Shown in pieces: positions 53,263-63,297 of a DNA stretch of 64,000 nt (within the stretch, counting starts at the first letter, position 1; every line of letters starts with the position of its first letter). The notes below the pieces were generated by a model, which ran no database searches, was not told where the DNA came from, and saw only the letters and a list, made by a program, of their open reading frames with translations. Both the position numbers and the translations under genes were made by a program. The DNA is from Azolla caroliniana (taxonomy: Eukaryota > Plantae > Polypodiophyta), in NCBI GenBank assembly GCA_043228905.1, contig JBHGNT010000011.1, positions 6,014,001 to 6,078,000 of the forward strand, in the 5' to 3' direction.

Positions 53263-56200
53263 ATGGCTCGTTCCTCCATATACGAGACTGCTAAACTTCG
53301 CAAAATTTTGTGAGACAAAGGAGGACTTCCACAACACCTATGGTCTATCACTCGAGGGTGTTGACCCTGCTGTCCTAAGTGATAAATTGATCAGTGATGT
53401 AGACTGGATGACAGTATATACAGTGCCTAGAGTCAAAGGCAAGGTCAAGCTGAAGCATGTACGAGCCGACTTGTACGATGACTGCATAAGACTGCACCAG
53501 AAAGTTCATCAGGAGATCCCAGTCAACAATGAGTTGTTAGTTTCATTTGCTAGAGCATTTGCATATGAGTGCTGCAAAACAACGAAGGAATCCAGAGACC
53601 CTGAAATGTATAGGGTAGCTTGGGTAGTCTATGGTGAGGCATCGGTAAAAAGATGCTGAAAGATGGGGACCTTGGCACAAAAAATAGACAGATTTTGGAG
53701 CATGGCAACTGTTGATGCAACTACCGACTCCCAACAAGACCGGGGGCATACACCACATTGACACCCAAGGAAAGCCAATGCCGATGATACAGGTGAGACA
53801 TTGGCTAGCTATATGCAAAAAAAATTCCATGAAGCCTGTGAGACATTGGCATTTTTTAAGACTGATTTAGAGAAAGCCACAATGGCTTCTGCAATGGAGA
53901 GCAAAGTTACTTCCGTTGTTACAATGATTAGAAATAAGATTCAGGTAACTATTGTTTTATTGGTATGTGATTGTGTTATAAATAACTTTAAGGGTAAAAT
54001 GTGCTAATCAAGCATTATCTAGAATAGGTTGCGCAACAGTAGCTTGAATTAGAGGGGCCACTGGATCCCCAGTGTAAAATACAACTGCAAATAGAGATCC
54101 AGGTTCTTTCAATGAACCTGGACCTTCTAGGTGTAAATACTGTTGCAGATTACAATTTGGATAAGCTTCAAGTAAGTTAACGATTCCTGACCAAAGTTGG
54201 TGTATCTTTCAACAACAGGAATAATTAATCGGTAAATTTCTCTGTTGCATTGAAGGAACAATACATTCATCAAGAACAGGTAGTTAGCTGCCTTAAGAAG
54301 CAGCTACATTTTGTGGAGGGAATGGTAAGGACCAGACATGATTTGGACCTGAACATTCTTGCTCCCTTACCAAATGAAGCAGAACCAGAAAATGATTTAT
54401 TGACAGTTCAAGCACATTGCATCGCTTGCGGGTTAGGTGTGGAGGACAAAACTGCGTCTTTGTTGGTTTACTTACAACCATGCAACCACACATACCATCT
54501 GCTTTGTTTTCAATATGCCTGTTGAATTGCTACATTCTGTTTGGGAGATTGCAGTACAGCTCTACCAAATGAGTGGAGAAAACTAACAGGTATACCATAC
54601 TGTAGCTAATAAGCTTAGTCTTTTCTAATTAGCTATCCTACTAGCTAATTAGCTACTGGCAACTAATTATCTATCCTACTAGCTAATTAGCTATCCTAGT
54701 AGCTAATTAGCTATTGGCAACTAATTAGCTATCATAGTAGCTAATTAGCTACTGCCATAGTTGTGTAAAGTAGCTAATAAGCTATCCTAGTAGCTAATTA
54801 GCTACTGGCAGCTAATTAGCTATCCTAGTAGCTAATAAGCTATCCTAGCTACTACATACTTGAGAAAGTAGCTAATTAGCTATCCTAGCTACTACCATAG
54901 TTAGTAAGTAGTAGCTAATTAGCTATCCTAGCTTCTACCATAGTTTAGTAAAGTAGCTAATTAGCTATCCTAAATAGCTACCATGTTATTGTAGAATCTT
55001 GTGGATTAAGGACGGCACATGATGTGTCTGGTGCTGATGACGCTACAACAGATGAGGATACTGCTGCCAACGTGGCTGAAAGTAAGAGTCCTGCTATCAC
55101 ATCTCCTTCAGATCAGCTCCACCCTATTCTTTTGGAACAGTGTACTGAATTAGGCAACGATGTGAATTGCCATGAAATAGTGGAAACAACATGTAACACT
55201 GAGGCTCACAACAACAGTGTTTATGAACACTTGATGCAACATTTCTTCGAATCTCAAGACCTTGATTCCACCCCACCGAGCCCAACTACTGAAAATGTCC
55301 AAACAGATCCCTCTGTACTTGAAAAGCTAGTTCAAGAAACGGCTGATGTGCAATTAGCTGCTGAGGCGATGGGAAGGTTGTCGGAGTAGGACACACTTGC
55401 GCATTGGGTGAAAGAAGCAAGGCTAAATGGGGAACCGACCAAAAAAAGGCTGAAGAAGGGGCCACGATCGAGAACAAGACCAGTTACTCGGTCAAGGGGC
55501 CCAGACGTAGTGGAGCGAAATACTGTTTAGTTGGATATGATTGTTAGCTTAGGGATTTTGCTAGGGTTTTATGAAGTTTTACTATCCTGTTGGACAAGTA
55601 AAACCTCAAATTGGTTGTTGCTTGATCCACATTATGTAATGGAACTCTATGATGTTTTTCCAAGATAATTTGAAGAGTGTTGTTCTATGACTGAAACTCT
55701 TTGATGTTCAGGATGTTGTTTTGTGAGACTGTTAGTTACTTTGTGAGTGTGAATATGTTGGTGTTTTTCGATGTTGCAGAGTCTAAAGGGTTTGATTCTA
55801 TTGCTCGTAAGGCCAATGGCAGTGTGGATACTGTTGATGTTGCGGCATGTTTAAAGGGCCCCATCTTGAAAGTAGATGTAGCAACTGACACAAGTGATCT
55901 GGTCACACAAGTTGATCAAGCATGTTGCACGGATGACTTGGTGTTGCAGGTAGATGCAGCATGTGATACCAGTGGACTGATATCGAGCAGATCAGTAGCT
56001 ACATGCACCGAGGTAATCCCAGGATTGATAACTAAGTCGACAAAACAAGAGCATCAGAATGTGAAGCCAGGCCCAACACAATCGACTAGGGGTTTGAAGA
56101 GGAAAAGGACGCCAGTTGTGTCGGCCAAACCTAAGCTGATTGAGATTGATTGTATCCTACCAGAAAATGGTGTAACAACGGCTCAGTTTCAGGAATGGAA

Positions 56201-56750
56201 ACCTAAACCACTAGAAGTTGAAAGAAGAGCCTTGATCTTGGAGCTTGATAAAGTCTTGATGAGTGTGAGATATATGCAGCCAAGGAGGGACATGAATTAG
56301 TTTCTAGAGTGGGCTATGCAATACTTTGATTTGTTTATTTGGAGTGAAAAACCAAAATCAGATGTGTGGAAGTGTTTGGCAAGATTCTTCCCAAAATGGC
56401 GAAGTCGTTTTAAAGGTCAATGGGCACGAGAAAATTGTGAGCAAATGGAAGCTGCAAGATTCAAGAGAATTTCTGATTTTTGGGCTACTTGGCCTGAATA
56501 TAATGCCGACAATACATTGATTTTGGATACAGAACATTTCCGGCACTACTTCAATATTCGGAGATGCTGTCTCATTCTACCTGAGGAAATGCCTGAACAG
56601 TACCTGGTGCAAACAGTGAGCTGCCAACTAGGTGCATGGTTGTGGACTCCATACTGAGCTCGATATGCGGATAATATATGTAGACTCGTTCCACTGACTA
56701 GCAAGAGCTTAGCTGTTTATAGGAGATTTGTAGACATTTCCAATGGTAAT
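53263..56750 (+). pseudogene. Element B accessory gene: NNE..FARAFA.E domain, coiled coil, RING-H2, acidic region, FCP1/NIF HAD-like domain; multiple stops
   Basis: NNELLVSFARAFAYE; CIAC...PCNHTYHLLC...CLGDC; phase-1 intron 54590-54994; LILELDKVL, FIWS and NTLILD motifs. Confidence 0.65.
54600..54982. repeat. TAGCTAATTAGCTA palindromic repeat array in the accessory-gene intron
   Basis: Repeated tagctaattagcta(tcc/ctg) units fill intron 54590-54994. Confidence 0.92.
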
Positions 56751-57120
56751 TTATAAATATGTAAAGAGATGACATTATTCAATGAAGAATTTAATTACTT
56801 GTTTCCACTGTACTTATCTATTGTGTAATTTGAGGAATATGTTGCAGATTGTTGATTTCATGCTATTGATGACTATTTAGCTATTGACAGCTAATTAGCT
56901 GCATTTGTACAACTAATTAGCTACTGGTGACTATTTCGCTATAACTTATAACTTAAAACTTAAAACTTAACAAAAAAGACATGATTTTATTGAGAAAGAA
57001 GCACAGAAAGCAGACTGTATACAAGAAATTGATTCTCAAACGAATTTATTTAACTGTTTTCGCGAAATACATGTTTGTTTTACAAGAGAACATGGTAAGT
57101 GCTACTTGTAGCTACAAATT

Positions 57121-58775
57121 CTATGGCATACTATTGTAAATACATTCATACACATTAGCACCAACAATGTATAAACCTGAGCAGCTATTGTATTCTGACA
57201 TTGGGACGTTGATGCACCTGACCAAATGAGAGTACATGTACGCCGTTGGTTTGTCTTCTAACAGCCTGTACACATATTTGTAGTCATCTAGTTTTGCATA
57301 AAAAATGCCTTTGATGTAGAATGTCTCGGTAGATACAAAATTTCCCCATGCATCTACAATATTCTGCCTTGCCCACTGTTTACTAACCGTGCACTTTAAT
57401 ATATAGAAATCAGCACCCTCTGAATTGCCTTCTTCAGCATTTACAGCGAAGTTATCCCCAACGTTCAGGACATCACTCAAAGTATCTCCAAGTCCCTCAT
57501 ATGTGAAGTCAGCATTCTGCCCTGTTTCTCCATCAACTGCTTCCTTATCATTCAGAGTGTGATACTCCCAATTCTGAATGCATGCTTTGTTTAGACAATA
57601 TCTCCAATTTCCCTGCACACAATGGAAGCAAAAACAAGTCAACTCTCTAACCGCAATACAATGATCATCCAACCTGGAATAACCTCGAACAACATGCAAA
57701 AATCGTAATTCGGGAATTCCGTGGCACTCCCAGGTCTTCTCCCTATTTACTTCATCTATCTTCACTTCCCAAAATTCACATTTGATATCTCGGACTTGCG
57801 AGGAATAAACACCTGTGGCACTCATTGACATATTTGCTGTTAAAAATTCAACTACATGTGATGCACAATTCATGTGCACACCATCTGTCTTTAGTTGTTT
57901 ATGGGTAAGTGCTCGCTTTATAACAGCCCCTGCACCATCATGTTCACCTTTACCATGGCCAGACCCAAAAAAATTCCATCTCATCTCCAAACCTGTTATG
58001 GCAGGATACCTCCCCACAAAATAAAATGGACGTCGAGCCTTGAATTGTGACGCAGCTCCGTCAGACCAGACCCAATGTTGAGTAAGCTCCAAACGTTGAG
58101 CTAATAACCACTGCCAATGTAACTTAAAACAATGTTGGACGAACAAGGTATCATGCTTCTTATCATCGGAAATAAAGAAATGAATTACTTTTTTAACATC
58201 ACCTGAAACTCGAAAATATGTTATGTGCACAAAAATGGTTACCTGAACTGAACACCAATGCATAGATTGAATTTCATTCTGCTGCTTGAAAGTATAATTC
58301 TCTGCGAAATCTACTACTGAGACTACAACATCATTTGGGAAATCAGATATGCAAGTCTTAAACTGATGGGCCTGCCATGAATAAATGAAGTTGTGTTTAA
58401 TGAACTTTCCTAGAGATACTACAAACAGAGACACCAAATCCCTTGGTTTAAGCATCTTCCGAACTAGATCCTTTCTTTTACACACCTTTCCTTCGAAATT
58501 GGTGTTCACTGACTCAAAGAACTTCACAGAGATCAATATTTCACTCCTCAATTCATTTGGACACCACCTAAATCTAGTAGGGCCACAATCTTGACATAAA
58601 CCCATGACACATTTATGAATATGGAAGATAGCGTCAGTTTCTCTCGGACACAATATTGAATCTAATAAATAACTCATGGAAGAGATAACATGCTCAAATG
58701 ATTTACACTCCTCTTGCGGGCTTGATCGACAGATTGGGCACCCACATGTGCAAACTGTATTAGTTAGGGATGCGC
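57121..58775 (-). CDS. Sola2-like transposase of element B (C-terminal about 550 aa; N-terminus cut off by a Gypsy insertion)
   Basis: DFAENY, WSDGAASQFK, GHGKGEHDG; the ORF-track N-terminal residues come from the LTR. Confidence 0.87.
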
Positions 58776-59426
58776 TGTCGTGCCTTTCGGCTCCGGATCG
58801 TTGCGTGAGTCGGGTGGGAACCACAGAGGTCTTGGACTAGGAGGAAGAAGCTCGTGAGATAGAGATTAATTATGAGTAAATAGCAAAGAGAAAGATAAGA
58901 AACTCGTGAATCACACGAGTATACTATATTAATTGGTACTTAGGGTGTTAAGAGAGAAGTAGATGTATAAATCGTGAATCCCACGAATAATTTTTGTATT
59001 GATTAATACTTAATCCAAATAATCAACAACTCTTTACATATTTCTCTCCTCCTTATATAAGGAAGGAAGAGCTAAGCATGGCTTCATGCTTTTTTTTTTA
59101 TAAAAAGTGTTCATGTCCACTAAATGTGCATGTGATGCTTTTTTATTTCCTAAGTATAGGGCTCATGCACGCTAGATGTGCATGAGTTATTTTTAGTGTC
59201 TCGTGTTTTTTCTTTTTCATATATTAAAAAAATACACGATTTACCTTTTAATAAAGGTATGCATAAATAAAGGTCTTATACGTATTAAATCTATATTTAA
59301 AACACATAAGATAAGTTAATGTAATGGTAAGGTTGGGGTTTGTCAACGTGGAGGTGCAGAGTTCGAATCACGCCCTGCGCAGTAGTGAGTATTTCCTTAT
59401 TTTTACATTTATGTCTCTTTATCCGG

Positions 59427-59622
59427 CTCTTCCTTGCCGGTATGCCGTTTTCTTCCTTGCCGGTATGCCGTTTTCTTCCTTGCCGGTATGCCGTTTTCCT
59501 CCTTGCCGGTATGCCGTTTTTTTCCTCCTTGCCGGTATGCCGTTTTCCTCCTTGCCGGTATGCCGTTTTTCCTCCTTGCCGGTATGCCGCTTTCCTCCTT
59601 GCCGGTATGCCGTTTTCTTCCG
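59427..59622. repeat. About 8 x 22-25-bp tandem repeats in the LTR U3
   Basis: ttcc(tcc)ttgccggtatgccgtttt units. Confidence 0.93.
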
Positions 59623-59688
59623 GTTCTCACCAAGCACTCCATTCTCTATCCGGAGGGACAAAAATATAATTTCCACATAGTGTGCAAC

Positions 59689-62600
59689 CTACACTACGAC
59701 ACTCGCCCCCTCCAAACCCGCACATCCTCCGGTATGTGCCGAAGTTCTTGATTCTTCGTATCCGTCTTCATCCGAAGCTTCCTCCGAATCTCCCCTTATG
59801 TCGACTATGAGTTGTAATCCACTTTCTTCGCTTCCCGCATCATTGTGGTCTTCGTCCGATTGCTCCTCGTTGTCGGCCTCGACTTGGATCACATAAGGTT
59901 TGTCGTCGGTCCGCTTCTTGAAAATCTTCACCCGCTTCCCGGCTATAGGCACTCGTAGTATTGTTCCATCCAACTCGGACAGTCGGTACGTCCCGTTGTC
60001 GAAGACCTTCCGAACCTCGTACGGCCCGAACCACCTTTTCGCGAATTTCCGCATCGTTGTATGTTGATGGTCCAAGCTACTATCATAGACGATCACCCAA
60101 TCTCCTTCTTCAATCCTCCTCGGTCGTAGTCGGTGCTTTGTGTCGAACCGGCTTTTGTTCCGGAACCGTGCTTCTTGTTGTCGGCGTGACGCTTCCGCTA
60201 CATCTTTCGGTCTTCCCTCCAGTTGTCGTATCCGGACCGCTAGTAGTTCTCCCTGACTCATCTCTTCCTTCCACGGTAGTATTGTCCATGTCGCGATTGC
60301 GGTTTCCGTTGGCATTACCGGTGCTTGTCCGGTCATGAGTTCTGCCGGCATGTAACCGGTCACGGAGCTATGCGTCGTCCGATCCGCCCATAGTGCATAC
60401 GGAAGCATTTGTGGCCAATCCTTCACCCTTCCGTCGCATGCCTTCGCAAGTGCTTTCACGATCGGACTATGTCCTCGTTCGATCTTCCCGTTGGCCTCCG
60501 GATTGTAGGCCGTTGTCAACGTTAACCGAACTCCATGTTTGGCGAAGAATCCCCTAGCTTTGTCCGAGTCGAGTTCTCCCCGGTCCGCAATCACTTGTCC
60601 TACGCAGCCGTACCTACAAAACACTTCTTCCAAAAGAAATTGGCACACCGCGGCACACGTTTTCCTCCGAAGCGCTCGACCTTCAACTTGGTTTGTGAGA
60701 TCTTCTCGAGCTAACACCAAGTATTTCTTTTGTCCAATCCCGGTCGGCATAGCTACAATGTCGACCATCCACTTGAAGTTGATTGTCGGTGAGAATGTCG
60801 GATGCAGCTCATCTCGGTGTCGGACCCCGGAGTAGACTTGACATTTCTCGCAGCTTTCTGTGAACTCCGCGACATCTTTATACATGTTCTTCCACCAATA
60901 TCTTTGCTTGATTTTCACAAAAGTTGCCCATGTTCCTCGATGTCCAGCCCAATCGGATTCGTGGAACTCGGACATTATCCGGTTTCGTTGCTCTTTCGCC
61001 CCGACTACTCGAAGTGGTATCCCATCCGGTCTTTTCGGCGTCCTCCATATTAAACCGTTTTCCAAGAAGAACTTTTGGACTTGCCTCTTCTTCCTTCGGA
61101 TCTCGGCTCTCCTTTCTTTATCATTGGTTGAATCCTCGACCTCTTGTAGCATCTTCCCGATCATCAAGGTTTCCCCCTCGTATTCTTCTTCCCGGAATTC
61201 TCGGATCACGTTCACTCGGCATATGTGTTCTGACGTGAAGTAGTCTTCGGAAACTTCTTCATTATCTGATTCGGTTATGTCGTCTTCAAACCGCGCCCTC
61301 GATAACATGTCCGCTACCGCGTTGTCCTTCCCCGAGATGTGTCGAACCTCCGGATTAAGTGACTTGACATATGCAATCCACCTTAGCATAGCCACATCCG
61401 GTATCGTACAACACCGCATCATCCCGAGTATCGGAAGACAATCCGTCTCGATCACCACTTCAGCTCCGATCAAATAATCCCGATCCGATTTTATCGCCGA
61501 CACGACTCCCCACAATTCTCTTTTGACTTGTGCATATCCGCGTTGCCTTTCGTTGAGGACCTTTGCTCCAAATCGGATCGGATACCGCGAACCATCCGAG
61601 TCGGCTTGATTGATGACCCACCCGATACCGGTTGGACTTGTATCAACCGTTACTATGATTGGCCGCTCGTAGCTTGGCTTCTTAAGTGATTCCGCCCTCC
61701 ATAGTGTCTTCTTGAGCTTCCTCATGGCTTTAGTGTGTTCCGGTTTCCACTCGAATTTCTTACCTTTCCGCAACAAGTGATAGAGCGGGTCCGCTATATG
61801 TGCATAGTGCGGAATCCATATGTGATAGAATGCACACGCACCCAGAAACCTTCGGACTTCCGATGTTGACTCACATACTTCCTTCATAGCTTGAATCGCA
61901 TCGATCTTTGTTGGTGACGGTCTTCGGCCGTAGGGTCCACATAGATGTCCGACCACCAATATTTCTTCTTGCCCGAATGCCGATTTCTCCCCGGAAAGTG
62001 TTAGGTGCACATCTTCTAGCTTTCGCAACACTTTCTCGCAATCATGAATATGGTCGACCACGAACTTTCGGCATCCCCGATCATCCATAGTCTCATCTTT
62101 TTCTTCCACCGCGCATCCTTTCATCGGAATGTCATCTAGAAACGGCATCGTTATCTCCGGGATGCAATCTCGAAGCACCTTGTTCATCGCGTTCATCATA
62201 TGTGCAACCGAGTTTGTCGCTCCTTGTGGTAGTGTGCACATTCGAACTAGTCCTATCGGTGTCCGCATGGTAGTGATGTCTCGGCTCTCCACGGCTAGTT
62301 GGAATTGGTCATACCCCGAGTATAGGTCCCCGATGGAGTATATCGCACGTCCGGCAAAAGCTTCCGCGAATTCGTCCACTATCGGACCGACTCCCGAGTT
62401 CCGGATCGTGACCTTGTTCACCGGTTGCAAGTCTTGGATGAATCGGAGCGACCCATTCTTCTTCGGAACCGTAAACCATCGATTTGAGTACGGAGCACTT
62501 GATGGCTCTAGAATCCCCATCGCCACCTTCTCCTTGAGCAAGTCGATGACTTTCGGAATATGCGCCCGTGGCACCGGAATCGGCTTCAGGTTCCACGGTA

Positions 62601-63297
62601 CATGATCAATCGTGAAAATCACCATCGGCTCCACTATCTTTGGATCAATGCATCCGATCTCCCTCGATGTGAACGCGAATGCTTTGCCATGTTGCTCCAA
62701 CATCTCTCGAAACCGTTTTTCTTCTTCTTGTAAGAGGAACCCACCTCCACCGATCCGAAGTTTCTTCCGGGTCTCATCTGTGAAGGCATGTCCGATATCC
62801 ACGGACTTCCGAAGTGTCGGATCTCCCGAGACTTCTTTCTTCTTTTGTTCGCTATCGGCGGGTAGTGGTCCCGCGGCCGGTTTCACCTTCTTCTCCACGG
62901 TCTTGTATTTCGTACTTACCATTGCTTCTTCTTTGCGGAGCGCATCCGGCCCCATTTTCGCAACGATCTCGTACATCTCGACCGATTCCACCGGGACTAC
63001 CCGGTTCCCTTGGCTTTTATCTTCCGCAAGCTCTTCAAGCCGTTGTAGTGTATTCCCATAGAACACTTCCTCGATCACTCCCACGATTTCTTCGTCTTCT
63101 TTTATTATTGATGCCGACCGTAACTTATCCTCCACTTGTCGGTATTGTTTCTTCATTCCTCTGGTTACGGCCGTGTACGTAGATGCCCCATCCGGGCCGA
63201 TTCGTACTTGTTTTGCTCCGAGAGTTTTCTTCCTGTGTGGGGTATCAGGGCTTCTCGGACTATCACTTCCCCACTCCGCAATAGTCCGCTTTAAAAA
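59689..63297 (-). CDS. Gypsy pol (RT, RNase H, integrase), open from the predicted -1 frameshift site
   Basis: 1155-aa ORF 59689..63156; the same frame stays open upstream to the GGATTTT heptamer at 63300-63294. Confidence 0.93.
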   Translation of the reverse strand, partial: FLKRTIAEWGSDSPRSPDTPHRKKTLGAKQVRIGPDGASTYTAVTRGMKKQYRQVEDKLRSASIIKEDEEIVGVIEEVFYGNTLQRLEELAEDKSQGNRVVPVESVEMYEIVAKMGPDALRKEEAMVSTKYKTVEKKVKPAAGPLPADSEQKKKEVSGDPTLRKSVDIGHAFTDETRKKLRIGGGGFLLQEEEKRFREMLEQHGKAFAFTSREIGCIDPKIVEPMVIFTIDHVPWNLKPIPVPRAHIPKVIDLLKEKVAMGILEPSSAPYSNRWFTVPKKNGSLRFIQDLQPVNKVTIRNSGVGPIVDEFAEAFAGRAIYSIGDLYSGYDQFQLAVESRDITTMRTPIGLVRMCTLPQGATNSVAHMMNAMNKVLRDCIPEITMPFLDDIPMKGCAVEEKDETMDDRGCRKFVVDHIHDCEKVLRKLEDVHLTLSGEKSAFGQEEILVVGHLCGPYGRRPSPTKIDAIQAMKEVCESTSEVRRFLGACAFYHIWIPHYAHIADPLYHLLRKGKKFEWKPEHTKAMRKLKKTLWRAESLKKPSYERPIIVTVDTSPTGIGWVINQADSDGSRYPIRFGAKVLNERQRGYAQVKRELWGVVSAIKSDRDYLIGAEVVIETDCLPILGMMRCCTIPDVAMLRWIAYVKSLNPEVRHISGKDNAVADMLSRARFEDDITESDNEEVSEDYFTSEHICRVNVIREFREEEYEGETLMIGKMLQEVEDSTNDKERRAEIRRKKRQVQKFFLENGLIWRTPKRPDGIPLRVVGAKEQRNRIMSEFHESDWAGHRGTWATFVKIKQRYWWKNMYKDVAEFTESCEKCQVYSGVRHRDELHPTFSPTINFKWMVDIVAMPTGIGQKKYLVLAREDLTNQVEGRALRRKTCAAVCQFLLEEVFCRYGCVGQVIADRGELDSDKARGFFAKHGVRLTLTTAYNPEANGKIERGHSPIVKALAKACDGRVKDWPQMLPYALWADRTTHSSVTGYMPAELMTGQAPVMPTETAIATWTILPWKEEMSQGELLAVRIRQLEGRPKDVAEASRRQQEARFRNKSRFDTKHRLRPRRIEEGDWVIVYDSSLDHQHTTMRKFAKRWFGPYEVRKVFDNGTYRLSELDGTILRVPIAGKRVKIFKKRTDDKPYVIQVEADNEEQSDEDHNDAGSEESGLQLIVDIRGDSEEASDEDGYEESRTSAHTGGCAGLEGASVVV

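Larger units (their letters stand above)
52183..58775 (-). mobile_element. Sola2-like DNA transposon B (partial; interrupted by a Gypsy, other end outside the window)
   Basis: Begins GGGTAAAAGCATGC (compare element A TIR GGGTCGAAGCATGC) exactly where LTR homology stops; contains a homologous transposase and accessory gene. Confidence 0.8.
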
